Shown: positions 9,655-20,383 of the stretch, piece after piece
Position numbering within the stretch: the stretch's first letter is position 1
Layout: each line of letters begins with the position of its first letter
Assembly (NCBI GenBank): GCA_963809595.1
Contig: CAWEKG010000002.1
Coordinates: 800,391-864,390, forward strand
Direction: 5' to 3'
Length of the DNA: 64,000 bases
DNA from: an uncultured Chloroflexia bacterium
GTDB taxonomy: Bacteria; Chloroflexota; Limnocylindria; Limnocylindrales; CSP1-4
Notes under the pieces: generated by a model
Database searches by the model: none
Seen by the model: the letters and a program-made list of their open reading frames with translations, nothing else
Told to the model about the DNA's origin: nothing
Translations under genes and position numbers: made by a program

Positions 9655-10629
9655 GTGATTCACCCCCGACGCCGCCTCACGCTGGTCGGGCCCAGCGTCC
9701 TGCTCGTCGCCCTCCTCGCGACCGGCCTCGCCGGACCCGCCGGCGCCGCCACCGGCGACACCCTCGGCAGCCAGCTCATGCGACTCACCAACCTCGATCG
9801 GACGGCCCGGGGCATGGCCGCCCTGGCCGAGGATCCTACCCTCGTCGCCTTCGCCCAGGGCAAGGCCTGGACCTGCCCCGGGACGACGATGGTTCTGGCC
9901 GGTCGGTCGTCGGACATGGCCCGCCGGGACTACTTCAGCCACTCGGTCAAGAGCTGCCTGAAGTCGAGCGGAGGGACCTACAGCTCGCTCGACGTCATGC
10001 TCATCTCGTTCCATTACGCCACCACGCGCGGCGAGAACATCGCCTGGAACAAGGGGTACTCCACCACCTCGACGGTGACCTATGGGACCGGCTGCGCGCT
10101 CGGGGCCGGAGGCACGAACCCGAGCTCCGGCTGCAAGGGCTCGGAGCCCGGAGTGATCTACTCGGTGGCGATCGCCCAGCGCGGCTTCATGAACAGCTCG
10201 GGGCACCGGGCCAACCTGCTCGGCGACTACGACCGGTTCGGCTGCGCGTCGGCCATCGCCTCGGATCATGGCGTCTACTACACCTGCGTCTTCTCGAAGG
10301 GCGGGCCGGCGGTCGCGGTGACCGATGCGGTCCTGCCGAGGGTCACCAGCGAGACCGGCAAGGGCGCGACCTTCCCTCGGGGTCGGGCTCACACGTTCTA
10401 CGCCACCCTCTCGGACAACGCCGGGTTGCGGTCCGGCTACGTCAGCCTCGACGGGGTCCGGCTCAAGAGCTGGAGCTTCGCCGGAACGGTGCGATCGGCG
10501 CGCGTCTGGGTCCGGGTCTCGGCGTCCCGGATGAAGTCCGGGTACCACACCCTGATCTGGCACAGCGGCGACACGTCCGGCCTCGCCTCGACCTACCAGG
10601 ACGGCCGGGTCCGCATCCGGGCGCACTGA
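9655..10629 (+). CDS. Secreted CAP/SCP-domain protein with C-terminal beta domain
   Basis: Signal peptide (LLVALLATGLAGPAGAA); CAP motifs LTNLDR, DMARRDYFSH, GENIAW, FMNSSGHRANLL. Start could be 9601. Confidence 0.8.
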   Translation: MIHPRRRLTLVGPSVLLVALLATGLAGPAGAATGDTLGSQLMRLTNLDRTARGMAALAEDPTLVAFAQGKAWTCPGTTMVLAGRSSDMARRDYFSHSVKSCLKSSGGTYSSLDVMLISFHYATTRGENIAWNKGYSTTSTVTYGTGCALGAGGTNPSSGCKGSEPGVIYSVAIAQRGFMNSSGHRANLLGDYDRFGCASAIASDHGVYYTCVFSKGGPAVAVTDAVLPRVTSETGKGATFPRGRAHTFYATLSDNAGLRSGYVSLDGVRLKSWSFAGTVRSARVWVRVSASRMKSGYHTLIWHSGDTSGLASTYQDGRVRIRAH

Positions 10630-10668
10630 CCGACCGCGGCGACCCGACCGGGCGATGGACCGGCCCGG

Positions 10669-11652
10669 TCAGTAGGCGGCGAGCGTCCGGATCCCGTCGG
10701 CGATCTTGACCGGGTCGACCATGAACCAGTCCTCCAGGACGTGGTTGTAGGGGACCCCGGGCACGTCCGGGCCGGCGACCCGGCTGACCGGACCGTCGAG
10801 GTAGTCGAACGCCTCGTCGGCGACGATCGCTGCCACCTCCGCGCCATACCCGCCGAAGCGGTTGTCCTCGTAGACGATCAGGCATTTGCCGGTCTTGCGG
10901 ACCGATGACAGGACCGTCTCCTTGTCGAGCGGACGGAGGGTCCGCAGGTCGACGACCTCGACGCTGATCCCCTCCTCCGCGACGCGGTCGGCGGCCTCGA
11001 GGGCGTAGTGGGCCATGAGCCCGTAGGCGATGACCGTCACCTGGGAGCCCGGCCGGGTGACCCTCGCCCTCCCCAGCGGGATCGTGAAGTCGCCCTCGGG
11101 CACCTCGCCCCGGACCGAGCGGTACATCTTCTTGTGCTCGAAGAAGAGGACCGGGTCGTCGTCCCGGATCGCGCTCCGGAGGAGCCCCGTGGCGTCGTGC
11201 GGGGTCGAGGGCACGACCACCTTGAGACCGGGGACGTGGGTGAAGAAGGCCTCGACCGACTGGGAGTGATAGAGCGCCCCGTGGACGCCCCCGCCGTAGG
11301 GAGCCCGGATGGTCATCGGGACGGCCACCGCGTTGTTCGAGCGGTAACGCATCCGGGCCGCCTCGGAGACGATCTGGTTGAAGGCCGGGAAGATGAAGTC
11401 GGCGAACTGGATCTCGGCCACCGGCCGGAGCCCGTTCACCGCGGCCCCGATCGACGCGCCGACGATCATCGATTCGGTCAGCGGGGTGTCGATCACCCGG
11501 TCGTCGCCGAACTCCGCCCAGAGCCCGTCGGTGGCCAGGAAGACACCGCCCTTCTTGCCCACGTCCTCGCCCAGGACGATGACCGACGGGTCGCGCCGCA
11601 TCTCCTCGGCCAGGGTGTCCCGGATGGCCTCGATGAACGTGCGCAGGGCCAT
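10669..11652 (-). CDS. bkdA2: Branched-chain 2-oxoacid dehydrogenase E1 beta
   Basis: MALRTFIEAIRD, GEDVGKKGGVF, DTPLTES, EIQFADF, HSQS; TGATG coupling to E1 alpha. Confidence 0.9.
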   Translation of the reverse strand: MALRTFIEAIRDTLAEEMRRDPSVIVLGEDVGKKGGVFLATDGLWAEFGDDRVIDTPLTESMIVGASIGAAVNGLRPVAEIQFADFIFPAFNQIVSEAARMRYRSNNAVAVPMTIRAPYGGGVHGALYHSQSVEAFFTHVPGLKVVVPSTPHDATGLLRSAIRDDDPVLFFEHKKMYRSVRGEVPEGDFTIPLGRARVTRPGSQVTVIAYGLMAHYALEAADRVAEEGISVEVVDLRTLRPLDKETVLSSVRKTGKCLIVYEDNRFGGYGAEVAAIVADEAFDYLDGPVSRVAGPDVPGVPYNHVLEDWFMVDPVKIADGIRTLAAY

Positions 11653-12732
11653 CAGCCGGCCCCCCCGTGTCCGAAGCCCCACGGCGGCGGGGTCTCCGAC
11701 GGCCACTCCTCGGCGAAGACCCAGCGGGTGGCCGTGGCCGGATCGGGATCGGGCTCGGCCTCGGCGAAGTCGGTCGCGTCGGTCACCTCGGCGACGAGCT
11801 CGGCGGCCAGGGCGGCCTCGATCGCGTCGGTCAGGACCCCGGCCGCGTCGGAGCTCGTCGCGGAAGCGCGGGAGCGGGTCGCGCAGTCGCTCCGAGGCGA
11901 GCTCCTCGTCCGAGCGGTACTTCGTCTGCTGGTCGTCCGACGAGTGCCCGGTCAGCCGCATCACCTTGGCCTCGATCAGGGTCGGTCCGCCGCCCGACCG
12001 GGCCAGGTCGACCGCCGCCCGCGCGGCGCGGTAGCAGGCCAGGACGTCGGAGCCGTCGACGACGACGCCCGGGATCCCGTAGCCCGAGGCCCGCATCGCC
12101 ACGTCCGGGACCGACACCTCGCGGGCGGCCGGGACGCTGATCGCGTAGCCGTTGTTCTCGACCAGGAAGACGAACGGCAGCTTGTGGATCGCGGCGAAGT
12201 TGAGCGCTTCGTGGACGTCGCCCTGGTTGGACGACCCCTCGCCCATCGCCGCCAGGGCGACCTGCCCGGTGCCCCGGATCTTGGCCGCCAGGGCGATCCC
12301 TACGGCGTGGAGGATCTGGGTCGCTACCGGTGAGCTGACCGACAGGAGGTTGCGCTTCCGGTCGCCGTAGTGACCGGGCATCTGACGACCGCCGGACGAG
12401 GGGTCGCTCGACTTGGCGTACTGGGCCAGCATGATGTCCCGGGCGCTCATCCCGAAGGTCATGCACATCGCGATCGAGCGGTAGAACGGGGCGATCCAGT
12501 CGTGCCCACGCTGGAGCGCCCAGGTCACCCCGACCTGCGCCCCCTCGTGACCCTGGCCGCTGATGACGAAGGGGATCCGGCCGGCCCGGTTGAGGATCCA
12601 CATCCGCTCGTCGAGGGCCCGGGCGAGCGCGACGTGGCGGTACATCGCCAGGAGGTCGGCCTCGGTCAGGCCGAGGTCCGCGCCCAGCCGGTCGCCGGGC
12701 GTCGCCGCGTTCGCCGGGTCGCTCGCCGTCAT
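11652..12732 (-). CDS. bkdA1: Branched-chain 2-oxoacid dehydrogenase E1 alpha (one frameshift near 11850)
   Basis: RIPFVISGQGHEGAQVG, TPP motif GEGSS...ENN, GHSSDD. The natural C-terminus (AGVLTDAIEAALAAELVAEV...GAG*) is in another frame and ends TGA at 11654-11652. Confidence 0.88.
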
Positions 12733-12763
12733 GTGGCCTCCCTCGCCGTGGGTCGGAGCTCGG

Positions 12764-14206
12764 TCAGAAGTTGATCGACCGGCCGTCCACTGCCAGGGCG
12801 GCCTCGCCGAGGACCTCGGAGAGCGTGGGATGGGGATGGGTGGCGCCGCCGATCTCGCCCGGGGTCGCCTCCAGGTCGAAGCCCAGCGACGCCTCCGCGA
12901 TGAGGTCGGTCGCGTGGGGCCCGACGATGTGGACGCCCAGGGTGTCGCCGGTCCGGGCGTCGCCGATGACCTTGGCGAAGCCCTCGTACTCGCCGCCGAT
13001 GACCGCCTTGGCGATCGCCTGGAAGGGCATCTTGCCGACGCTGATCTCGAGACCGCGTTCCTGGCACTGGGCCTCGGTCAGCCCGATCGAGGCGATCTCG
13101 GGACGGCAGTAGGTGGCCCGGGGCTGCTTCGTGTAGTCGATCTCGTGGACGTCGGTGTCGCCGGCGATGGTGTGGGCCGCGACGATCCCCTCGTGACCGG
13201 CGGTGTGGGCCAGCCACAGCCCGCCGACGATGTCGCCGATCGCGTAGATGTGCGGCTCGCGGGTGCGCATCCGGCCGTTGACCTTGATCACGCCCTGCTC
13301 GACCTCGACCGTGGTGGTCTCGAGCCCGATCTCCTCGACGTTGGCCGCCCGACCGGTGGCCACCAGCATCACCTCGGCCGCGATCTCCTCCACGGCGCCA
13401 CCTTCGGGCCCGACCTGGAGCGGACCCCGTCGGGGCCGGTCAGCACGGCCGCCGGGTCGAACCGGGCGTTGGTCATGACCCGGATGCCGCGCCGGGTGAA
13501 GCTCCTCTCGAGGAGCTGGCTGACCTCGCGGTCCTCGAGCGGGACGATCCCGGGCAGATACTCGAGGAGGGTCACCTGGGTCCCGATGTCGTGGAAGAAG
13601 CTGGCGAACTCGACCCCGACCGCGCCGGCCCCGACGATGACGATGCTGGCCGGTGCCGATCCTCGGCGGAGGACGTCGTCGGAGGTGAGGATCCGCTCGC
13701 CGTCCGGGACGAGACCGGGCAGGCTCTTCACCCGGCTCCCGGTCGCCAGGATGATGTCGGTGGCCTGGAGGAGCCGCTCGCCCCCGGCCCCCGGGGCGCC
13801 GTCCTCGCCGGGCTGGGAGACCCGGATCCGACCCGGACCCTCGAGCCGGCCGCGGCCCTGGACCCAGGCCACCTTGTTCTTGTCGACCAGGCTCTTGAGG
13901 CCCGTCCACATCCGCTTGACGACCTGGTCGCGACGCTTGCGCCATCGCCGCGTAGTCGACCGCCGGCTCGCCGGGCAGGACCACCCCGTACTCCTTGAGA
14001 TGGCGGGCCCGGTTCATCATCTCGGCCGACTCGAGGAGCGCCTTGGTCGGGATGCAGCCCCGGTGGAGACAGGTGCCGCCGATCTTGTCGTCGTCGACGA
14101 GGGCGACCCGGAGACCGAGCTGGGCGGCCCGGAAGGCGGCCGTGTAGCCACCCGTGCCGGCACCGAGGACGACGAGGTCGAAGTCGTTGCTGGAGCCGAC
14201 GGCCAT
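12764..14206 (-). CDS. lpdA: Dihydrolipoyl dehydrogenase E3 (two compensating frameshifts near 13940 and 13420)
   Basis: GAGTGG, GGTCLHRGCIPTK, NAD-binding GAGAVGVE in the intervening frame, C-terminal HPHPTLSE. Confidence 0.92.
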   Translation of the reverse strand: MAVGSSNDFDLVVLGAGTGGYTAAFRAAQLGLRVALVDDDKIGGTCLHRGCIPTKALLESAEMMNRARHLKEYGVVLPGEPAVDYAAMAQASRPGRQADVDGPQEPGRQEQGGLGPGPRPARGSGSDPGLPARRGRRPGGRGRAAPPGHRHHPGDREPGEEPARSRPGRRADPHLRRRPPPRIGTGQHRHRRGRRGRGRVRQLLPRHRDPGDPPRVSARDRPARGPRGQPAPREELHPARHPGHDQRPVRPGGRADRPRRGPLQVGPEGGAVEEIAAEVMLVATGRAANVEEIGLETTTVEVEQGVIKVNGRMRTREPHIYAIGDIVGGLWLAHTAGHEGIVAAHTIAGDTDVHEIDYTKQPRATYCRPEIASIGLTEAQCQERGLEISVGKMPFQAIAKAVIGGEYEGFAKVIGDARTGDTLGVHIVGPHATDLIAEASLGFDLEATPGEIGGATHPHPTLSEVLGEAALAVDGRSINF

Positions 14207-14320
14207 GGGTCTGACGGGCCTCAGGGTGCGGGATGGGCGGGCGATCGCGAGGTGCGGATGACCTCGGCGCGATGGTACGCGCCGCGTCCCGACGGGCGCA
14301 ACCGAGGCCGGCCGGGCCGG

Positions 14321-14329
14321 TGCTATGCT
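14321..14329 (+). promoter_or_regulatory. Extended -10 element upstream of plsY
   Basis: TGcTATGCT in the lpdA/plsY divergent gap. Confidence 0.4.
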
Positions 14330-14390
14330 GCCGTTCCGGCGTCCCGCGCGGAGGGACCCGGGCGGCGCCACGGAGGTCACGCTCGAGCCG

Positions 14391-15044
14391 ATGGAACCGA
14401 TGACCGCGGTCCTGCTCATCGGCCTGGCCTACGTCATCGGGTCGATCCCGTTCAGCGTCATCGTCTCCAAGCTGACCGGCGCCCCGGACCCCCGGACGAT
14501 CGGCTCCGGCCGGACCGGCGGCACGAACGCCCTCCGGGCGATGGGCCCGAGGTGGGCCCTGATCGTAGTGACCGGCGACCTGGCCAAGGGCGCCCTCCCG
14601 GTCCTCATCGCCCGGGCGGTCACCGGCGGCGAGCCGGCCGTCGAGGCGGCCTGCGGGGTGGCCGCCGTCATCGGCTCGGCCCGGTCGATCTTCCTGCGCT
14701 TCCACGGTGGTCGGGGGGTCGCCACCGGCGTCGGCACGATGCTGGTCATCCAGCCGATCGCCGTCCTCCTGGCCGCGCCGGTCTTCATCGGGGTGGTCCT
14801 GATCACCCGGTACGTGTCACTCGGCTCTCTGCTCGGCTCGGCGACGATGATCCCGGCGGTCGCCCTCGTCTTCCTCGTCGTCAGCGGCACCGTGCCGCCG
14901 GCCTACCTGGTCTACGCGGTGGCCGGGGTGGCGGTGGTCTGGATCGCCCACGCCGACAACATCGACCGGCTCATCCACGGAACCGAGCGCAAGTTCGACC
15001 TCCGGATGCTCGGCGGCCGGGGCAGCGGTGGCGCCGCCGGGTAG
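14391..15044 (+). CDS. plsY: Glycerol-3-phosphate acyltransferase PlsY
   Basis: YVIGSIPF, GSGRTGGTNALR, DLAKG, FHGGRGVAT, YVSLGSL, HADNIDRL. Confidence 0.92.
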   Translation: MEPMTAVLLIGLAYVIGSIPFSVIVSKLTGAPDPRTIGSGRTGGTNALRAMGPRWALIVVTGDLAKGALPVLIARAVTGGEPAVEAACGVAAVIGSARSIFLRFHGGRGVATGVGTMLVIQPIAVLLAAPVFIGVVLITRYVSLGSLLGSATMIPAVALVFLVVSGTVPPAYLVYAVAGVAVVWIAHADNIDRLIHGTERKFDLRMLGGRGSGGAAG

Positions 15045-15089
15045 CGTCTCGCCGAGCGCCGCGACCTGGTCGACCGGCCGCGCCTCGCG

Positions 15090-15575
15090 TCAGTTCTGGC
15101 TGAAAGCCAGGATCGTGGGACCGCTCAGGATGAGCTTGACCGGCGACAGGACCCGGATGCCGCTGGGGAGCGGGACGTCGTCGGCCGAGGTCGCCTGCCA
15201 CGAGGTCACCGCGGCGAGCGCGGTCCGGTAGGCGTCGGCCGCCGCCTGGGTCACCGGTGCGCAGACCTGCGAGGTGGCCGAGACCGCGATCCCGGTGATC
15301 GCGATCGTGCTTCCGCTCGTGGTGAACGAACCCGTGAAGTTGGCACAGCCGTCGTTGCCGCTCAGGCTCCCGTCCGTGCCGAAGACGAGGGTCGCCGGGT
15401 TCGTGGCGGCGGGCGCGGTGCCACCCTGGACACCCAGGGTCCAGGACGTGCCGGGGAGGGCCGACGGTGGGGTGGGTCGCGCGGTGGGAGTGCTCGACGA
15501 GCCGCAGGCGGCGATCAGGACGGCGACGACGACGAGCCCGGCAAGCGCCGCGGCTCGGCCCGACCTGTTGACCAT
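15090..15575 (-). CDS. META-domain lipoprotein (HslJ-like)
   Basis: Lipobox IAAC; LPGTSWTL, LSGNDGCANFTGSF, T-x-x-x-C pattern of META domains. Confidence 0.75.
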   Translation of the reverse strand: MVNRSGRAAALAGLVVVAVLIAACGSSSTPTARPTPPSALPGTSWTLGVQGGTAPAATNPATLVFGTDGSLSGNDGCANFTGSFTTSGSTIAITGIAVSATSQVCAPVTQAAADAYRTALAAVTSWQATSADDVPLPSGIRVLSPVKLILSGPTILAFSQN

Positions 15576-15813
15576 CGGGGCGACCTCCAGGGACGCGCTG
15601 CGTGGTGACGAGGCGATCGTAGCAGCGGCACGGACGGCGCCAGCCGCGCGACGGGCGAGTGCGCCCGCGGCCCGAATCGGCGCGTGAGGCCCGCTGGCCG
15701 CCTGGGCGGGACCTCTCCTCATGCGCGACCTCATGACAGGAGCATGCCGCCGGGTGGTCGGAATCGAACGACCCGGTCCGAGTCGATCGGGCCGGGTCGA
15801 AACGATTGACTCG

Positions 15814-15843
15814 GGTGGCGGGGCTGACGAACCGCCACCTTTT
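15814..15843. terminator. GC hairpin immediately after the zinc-ribbon gene
   Basis: GGTGGCGG / 10-nt loop / CCGCCACC, with TTTT on the plus side, 5 nt past the minus-strand stop at 15848. Confidence 0.5.
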
Positions 15844-15847
15844 CGGA

Positions 15848-16239
15848 TCAGGCGCCGCGCATGCTCCGGAAGCAGTCGCTGCAGTAGACGGGCTTGCCAC
15901 TGGTCGGGCGGAACGGCACCTGGGCCTCGCGGCCGCAGTTGCTGCAGGTCGCCGTGAACATCTCACGGGGACCCGGTCGCGCGAGCCGCCGTAGCTGCTC
16001 CCGCCACCACCGTTGCCGTAGCCACCGGCGCTGTACGAGCCACCGGCGCCGTAGCCACCGGAGCTGTAGCCACCGCCACCACCGGAGTCGGCGTTGCGTG
16101 CGGCCTTGCGGCTGGCCCGACAGCTCGGGCAGCGGCGCGGCTCGGTGAAATTGCGCTGCGCGTAGAAATCCTGCTCGCTGGCAGTGAAGACGAACTCCTG
16201 CCCGCAATCCGCGCAGGTCAGGTTCTTGTCGTTGTACAC
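15848..16239 (-). CDS. Zinc-ribbon plus CxxC-x17-CxxC protein with Gly/Tyr/Ser linker (frameshift near 15975)
   Basis: DKNLTCADCG...RRCPSC, then GGY-rich linker, then REMFTATCSNCG...PVYCSDCF in an adjacent frame; one G missing in a G run. SD GAGGAG. Confidence 0.85.
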
Positions 16240-16661
16240 CTAAACGAAAACTCCTCTGTGTAGCCGCGCGATCCGTCGTGTTCTCGCGTCAGCCGTGAGA
16301 GGAGTCGGTCGTCGTGCTACGTGCTCTGGTCGCGGCCGTGCCGTGACGTTTGACCGGGGGAGTGTAGGCCCTGTTCCCGGACCTGTATAGGGGGCATTTT
16401 GAGCGTGGACGCGGGCGACCTGAGCACGGCCGCGCCCGAGGCGCCGAACGGCCCGGTTCCGCGTCGCTTGTGCCGCGGAGGCTACAGGCGTCCGAACCGG
16501 CCCCGCCCGCCGCTCGCGGGGTCTGTCGCGGTGCCGCGGAGTCGGGACGCGGTGGCGCGGTCCGGCCGGCTACCGGCCCAGGTGCCACGGATGTGGGTGC
16601 GGAGTTCGGCGCCGCCGAACGGGCGGGCTCGGCGCCGGCACCGCCCACGTGCGAGTTCGCG

Positions 16662-16833
16662 GTACTACGGACATTCGTAGCAGGGGCACAAGACCGCGCG
16701 ATCCGGGCCGTCGAGGCCCGAACGACGGCGTTACGGGCCGTGCTACTCATGGTCGTCGTGATCCGGGCGTCACGCGGCCGCTCGGAGCCTGCTCTCGTCG
16801 CGCCAGGACGACTCCTACGAATGCCCGTAGTAC
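16662..16833. repeat. MITE/REPIN-like element with 19-bp terminal inverted repeats
   Basis: GTACTACGGACATTCGTAG (16662-16680) pairs with CTACGAATGCCCGTAGTAC (16815-16833), one mismatch. Confidence 0.6.
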
Positions 16834-16892
16834 GGAGCTCCGCCGGCCGTCGGTACGTCGGTGCGAAGCTGCTCCGGGGCGTCGGACAGGGG

Positions 16893-16985
16893 GCGGCACC
16901 GGCGGCTTGGGCCGAGACCGTCGACAGGGGGCGGCTCATGGCGGCACCGGCGCCTTGGGCCGAGACCGGCGACAGGGGGCGGCTC
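16893..16985. repeat. 45-bp direct repeat, two copies, period 48
   Basis: 16893-16937 and 16941-16985 differ at 2 positions; a partial copy GACAGGGGGCGGC is at 16885-16897. Confidence 0.75.
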
Positions 16986-17004
16986 TGGCTTTGGGGGGCA
17001 CGAC

Positions 17005-17069
17005 GGACGCGGGCTCGCGGCGCGGGACGCGGGCTCGCGGGCTCGCGGCACGGGACGCGGGCTCGCGGG
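17005..17069. repeat. Short imperfect tandem repeat (GGACGCGGGCTCGCGG)
   Basis: Three full units plus a half unit just downstream of the glpK stop. Confidence 0.7.
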
Positions 17070-17084
17070 CTCCGCCGGGCCGCC

Positions 17085-18584
17085 TCAGCCGAGCGGCTCG
17101 ACCCAGTTTCGCGACCGCTCGACCGCGCGGTGCCAGCCGCGGACGAGCTGGTCGCGTGCCGAGGCGGCCATCGCCGGTTCGAAGCGCCGTTCGACGGCGT
17201 GGATCGCGGCCAGCTCGTCCAGGCCGCGCCAGAAGCCGACCGCGAGCCCGGCCAGCATCCCTGCCCCGATGGCCGTGGTCTCGGCGTGGACCGGCCGCTC
17301 CACGGGCACATCCAGGAGGTCCGCCTGGAACTGGCAGAGCCGGTCGTTGGTGGCGGCGCCGCCGTCGACCCGGAGGACCTCGAGGCGAACGCCGGCGTCG
17401 GCGACCATCGCCCCGACCACGTCGGCCACCTGGTAGGCCATCGCGTCGATGGCGGCGCGGGCGATCTCGGCCAGGCCGGTCCCTCGGGTGATCCCGACGA
17501 GGGTGCCCCGGGCGTAGGCATCCCAGTAGGGCGCGCCGAGCCCCACGAACGCCGGCACGAGGTAGACCCCCCCGGTGTCGGGCACGGTCTCGGAGAGCCG
17601 GGCGATCTCGGCCGCGTCGCGGCCGGCCTTCAGTCCGTCGCGGAGCCATTGCACGGCGGCCCCGGCCACGAACGCCGAGCCCTCGAGGGCGTAGGCGGGC
17701 CGGCCCTCCCCCAGCCGCCAGCAGACCGTCGTCAGGAGCCCGTTCGACGAGGCCATCGGCCGCTCGCCGGTGTTCATCAGGAGGAAGGCGCCGGTCCCAT
17801 AGGTCGCCTTCGTCGCCCCCGGCTCGAAGCAAGCCTGACCGAAGGTCGCCGCCTGCTGGTCGCCGGCACAACCCGCGATCGGGACCGACCGACCGAACAG
17901 GTCCGGGTCGGTCTCCCCGAGGATCTCCGACGACGAACGTACCTCGGGCAGCATCCCCGGCGGGACCCCGACGATCGCGCACAGCTCCTCGTCCCAGGCC
18001 AGGCGGTGGATGTCGAAGAGGAGGGTCCGGCTCGCGTTCGAGACGTCGGTGGCGTGGACCCGGCCGCCGGTGAGTCGCCAGATGAGGAAGGCGTCGACCG
18101 TCCCGAAGGCCAGCTCCCCGCGCTCGGCCCGCGCCCGGGCGCCGGGCACCCGGTCGAGGATCTCGGCGATCTTCGGGCCGCTGAAGTAGGCGTCGATCGG
18201 CAGCCCGGTCCGCTCCAGGAACTTGGGGCCGTGCCCGGCCGACCTCAGGGCGTCGCAGCGTGGCGCGGTCACCCGGCTCTGCCAGACGATCGCATCGTCG
18301 ATCGGCCTTCCGGTGGCTCGGTCCCAGACGATCGTGGTCTCCCGCTGGTTCGTGATCCCGATCGCGGCGATCTCGACGGGATCGGTCCCGGCCAGGACGC
18401 GCCGCGCCGACCGCAGCTGGCTCTCCCAGATCGCCTCGGGGTCGTGCTCCACCTCGCCAGGCGCCGGGTAGATCTGAGGCAGCTCCTCGGATGCGCCGGC
18501 GACGATCCGGCCGTCGTGGTCGATGACGACGGCCCGGGAGGAGGTGGTCCCCTGGTCGAGGGCGAGGACGACCGAACGGGGCAT
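17085..18584 (-). CDS. glpK: Glycerol kinase
   Basis: [43 protein letters not shown]. Confidence 0.96.
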   Translation of the reverse strand: MPRSVVLALDQGTTSSRAVVIDHDGRIVAGASEELPQIYPAPGEVEHDPEAIWESQLRSARRVLAGTDPVEIAAIGITNQRETTIVWDRATGRPIDDAIVWQSRVTAPRCDALRSAGHGPKFLERTGLPIDAYFSGPKIAEILDRVPGARARAERGELAFGTVDAFLIWRLTGGRVHATDVSNASRTLLFDIHRLAWDEELCAIVGVPPGMLPEVRSSSEILGETDPDLFGRSVPIAGCAGDQQAATFGQACFEPGATKATYGTGAFLLMNTGERPMASSNGLLTTVCWRLGEGRPAYALEGSAFVAGAAVQWLRDGLKAGRDAAEIARLSETVPDTGGVYLVPAFVGLGAPYWDAYARGTLVGITRGTGLAEIARAAIDAMAYQVADVVGAMVADAGVRLEVLRVDGGAATNDRLCQFQADLLDVPVERPVHAETTAIGAGMLAGLAVGFWRGLDELAAIHAVERRFEPAMAASARDQLVRGWHRAVERSRNWVEPLG

Positions 18585-18598
18585 GAGGCGGTCCCGGG

Positions 18599-20383
18599 TC
18601 AGCTGCTGGTGGCGACCGGGGTCGTGGCTTCGGCCTCGGTCGGGGAGACCGCCACCGGGTCGCCGACGGACGCGATCGCGACCCGGGCCGGCGCGGGATC
18701 CGTCCCGGGCACGTCGTACTCGCGATGGGCCGAGGCGAGGTAGGCCTCGATCGCCGCGGACTGTTCCGCCACCGACCAGCCGAGCTCGCCGCCGAGCAGC
18801 TGGGCGACCCGGGGCGCGATCGAGGCGCCGCGGTCCGGGAGCTCCTGCGCCAGCCGGGTCCGCCGGGCCAGGACGTCGTCGAGCGAGAGGGCGGACTCGG
18901 AGCGAACGGCCCGGACGACCTCGGCCTCCAGGTGGGCGATCTCGGGACCGAGCGGTCGGAGCAGGTCGAGCTCGCGGCCGAGAACGACCAGGTCGGCGGC
19001 CTCCGTGCCGTGACGGGCGACGAGGCGCTCGGCCCGGGCTCGATCGAGCCCGGTCTCAGCCGTCAGCCGCGCCGCCAGCCGGCCCAGATCGTCGAGCGGG
19101 GCCGCGCCGACGATCGGGAGCTCGGCCGTCGCCGAGGGTCGGGTCTTCGCCGTCTTCGGTCCCAGCGCGGCATCCACCGTCTGGGCGGCCATCAGCCGGT
19201 ACGTCGTGTACTTGCCGCCGCCGATCCGGACGAGACCGTTCGGGTCGGTCCGGATGCGGTGCTCCCGGGATGCCTTGACCGTGGAGCCGGGGTGGCCGCC
19301 GGGATCGGTGGCCAGCGGCCGGAGGCCCGTGTAGGCGCCCATGAGGTCGTTCCGACGCAGGTCGATGTCGAGGGTCGCGTTGACGTTGCCCAGGATGTTG
19401 TCGATCTCGGCCGCGGTGGGGATGGGTCGATCGGGCGGCCCGTCGTCGTCCAGGTCGGTCGTCCCGATGACCCAGCGATCCGGCCACGGCACCAGGAAGC
19501 AGACCCGTCCCGGGATCCGCAGGGTCAACCCGTCGCGGCTGGGGATCCGGTCGCGTCGGACGACGATGTGGGTGCCCCGACTCGGCCGGACCGCCGTGCC
19601 GCCGTCCGTGACCGGGAAGGGCCCGTCCGCCCGACCGGACCAGACGCCGGTCGCGTCGATCAGCCGGTCGGCGTGGACCGGGAAGGTGGCCCCGGACCGC
19701 TCGTCGCGCACGGTCGCGCCGGCGATCCGGCCGCCCTCCTCGATGGCCGTGAGGGCGCTCACCCTGGTCAGGGCGAGGGCGCCGCGGGCGACGGCCGTCC
19801 GGGCGACGGCAAGGGTGTACCGGGCGTCGTCCTCCTGGCCGTCGTGATAGACGAACGCGCCGCGCAACCGCCCCCGGCGCAGGACCGGGGTCGCCTCGAG
19901 CGCCTCGCCCACCGAGAGGTGGCGGTGACGGCCGCCGTCGGCCGAGGCGCCGAGGAGGTCGTACATCGTCAGTCCGGCGTCGAAGAACGGCCGGGTCAGC
20001 GGGCCGCCGTAGATCGGGAAGAGGAACGGCTCGATCCGGACGAGGTGGGGCGCCAGCTGAAGCAGCCGGCCGCGCTCGGCGAGCGCTTCGCGGACCAGCC
20101 CGACGTGGAACTGCTCCAGGTAGCGCAGACCGCCGTGGATGAGCCGCGAGGAGCGGCCGCTCGTGCCGACGGCGTAGTCGTCGCGCTCGACGAGGGCCGC
20201 CTTCAGTCCGCGGCTCGTCGCGTCGAGGAGGATCCCGCTGCCGGTGATCCCGCCGCCGACGACGAGCAGGTCCCAGCGCTCGGCCGACAGTCGCGCCAGG
20301 TCCTGCCGGCGGGCGACCAGGATCGGCGGCTCGGTCGACGTCGGGACGGCCGGGGCGAGACCCGGGTTCGCGGTCCCGGTCAC
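18599..20383 (-). CDS. glpD: FAD-dependent glycerol-3-phosphate dehydrogenase
   Basis: [37 protein letters not shown]. Confidence 0.93.
   Translation of the reverse strand: MTGTANPGLAPAVPTSTEPPILVARRQDLARLSAERWDLLVVGGGITGSGILLDATSRGLKAALVERDDYAVGTSGRSSRLIHGGLRYLEQFHVGLVREALAERGRLLQLAPHLVRIEPFLFPIYGGPLTRPFFDAGLTMYDLLGASADGGRHRHLSVGEALEATPVLRRGRLRGAFVYHDGQEDDARYTLAVARTAVARGALALTRVSALTAIEEGGRIAGATVRDERSGATFPVHADRLIDATGVWSGRADGPFPVTDGGTAVRPSRGTHIVVRRDRIPSRDGLTLRIPGRVCFLVPWPDRWVIGTTDLDDDGPPDRPIPTAAEIDNILGNVNATLDIDLRRNDLMGAYTGLRPLATDPGGHPGSTVKASREHRIRTDPNGLVRIGGGKYTTYRLMAAQTVDAALGPKTAKTRPSATAELPIVGAAPLDDLGRLAARLTAETGLDRARAERLVARHGTEAADLVVLGRELDLLRPLGPEIAHLEAEVVRAVRSESALSLDDVLARRTRLAQELPDRGASIAPRVAQLLGGELGWSVAEQSAAIEAYLASAHREYDVPGTDPAPARVAIASVGDPVAVSPTEAEATTPVATSS

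Noticed and set aside
10669-12732. Apparent 687-aa E1 alpha-beta fusion in the ORF track
   Set aside because: A one-base slip near 11850 produces junk (RRGRGPDRRDRG...). The natural alpha C-terminus in the adjacent frame ends in a TGATG coupling with beta.
12764-14206. Pseudogene status for lpdA, E1 alpha, GT1 and others
   Set aside because: All catalytic motifs are intact and the lesions are isolated single-base indels, more consistent with sequencing error.
16893-16985. Possible CRISPR array
   Set aside because: Only two 45-bp units separated by 3 nt, no unique spacers and no cas genes.
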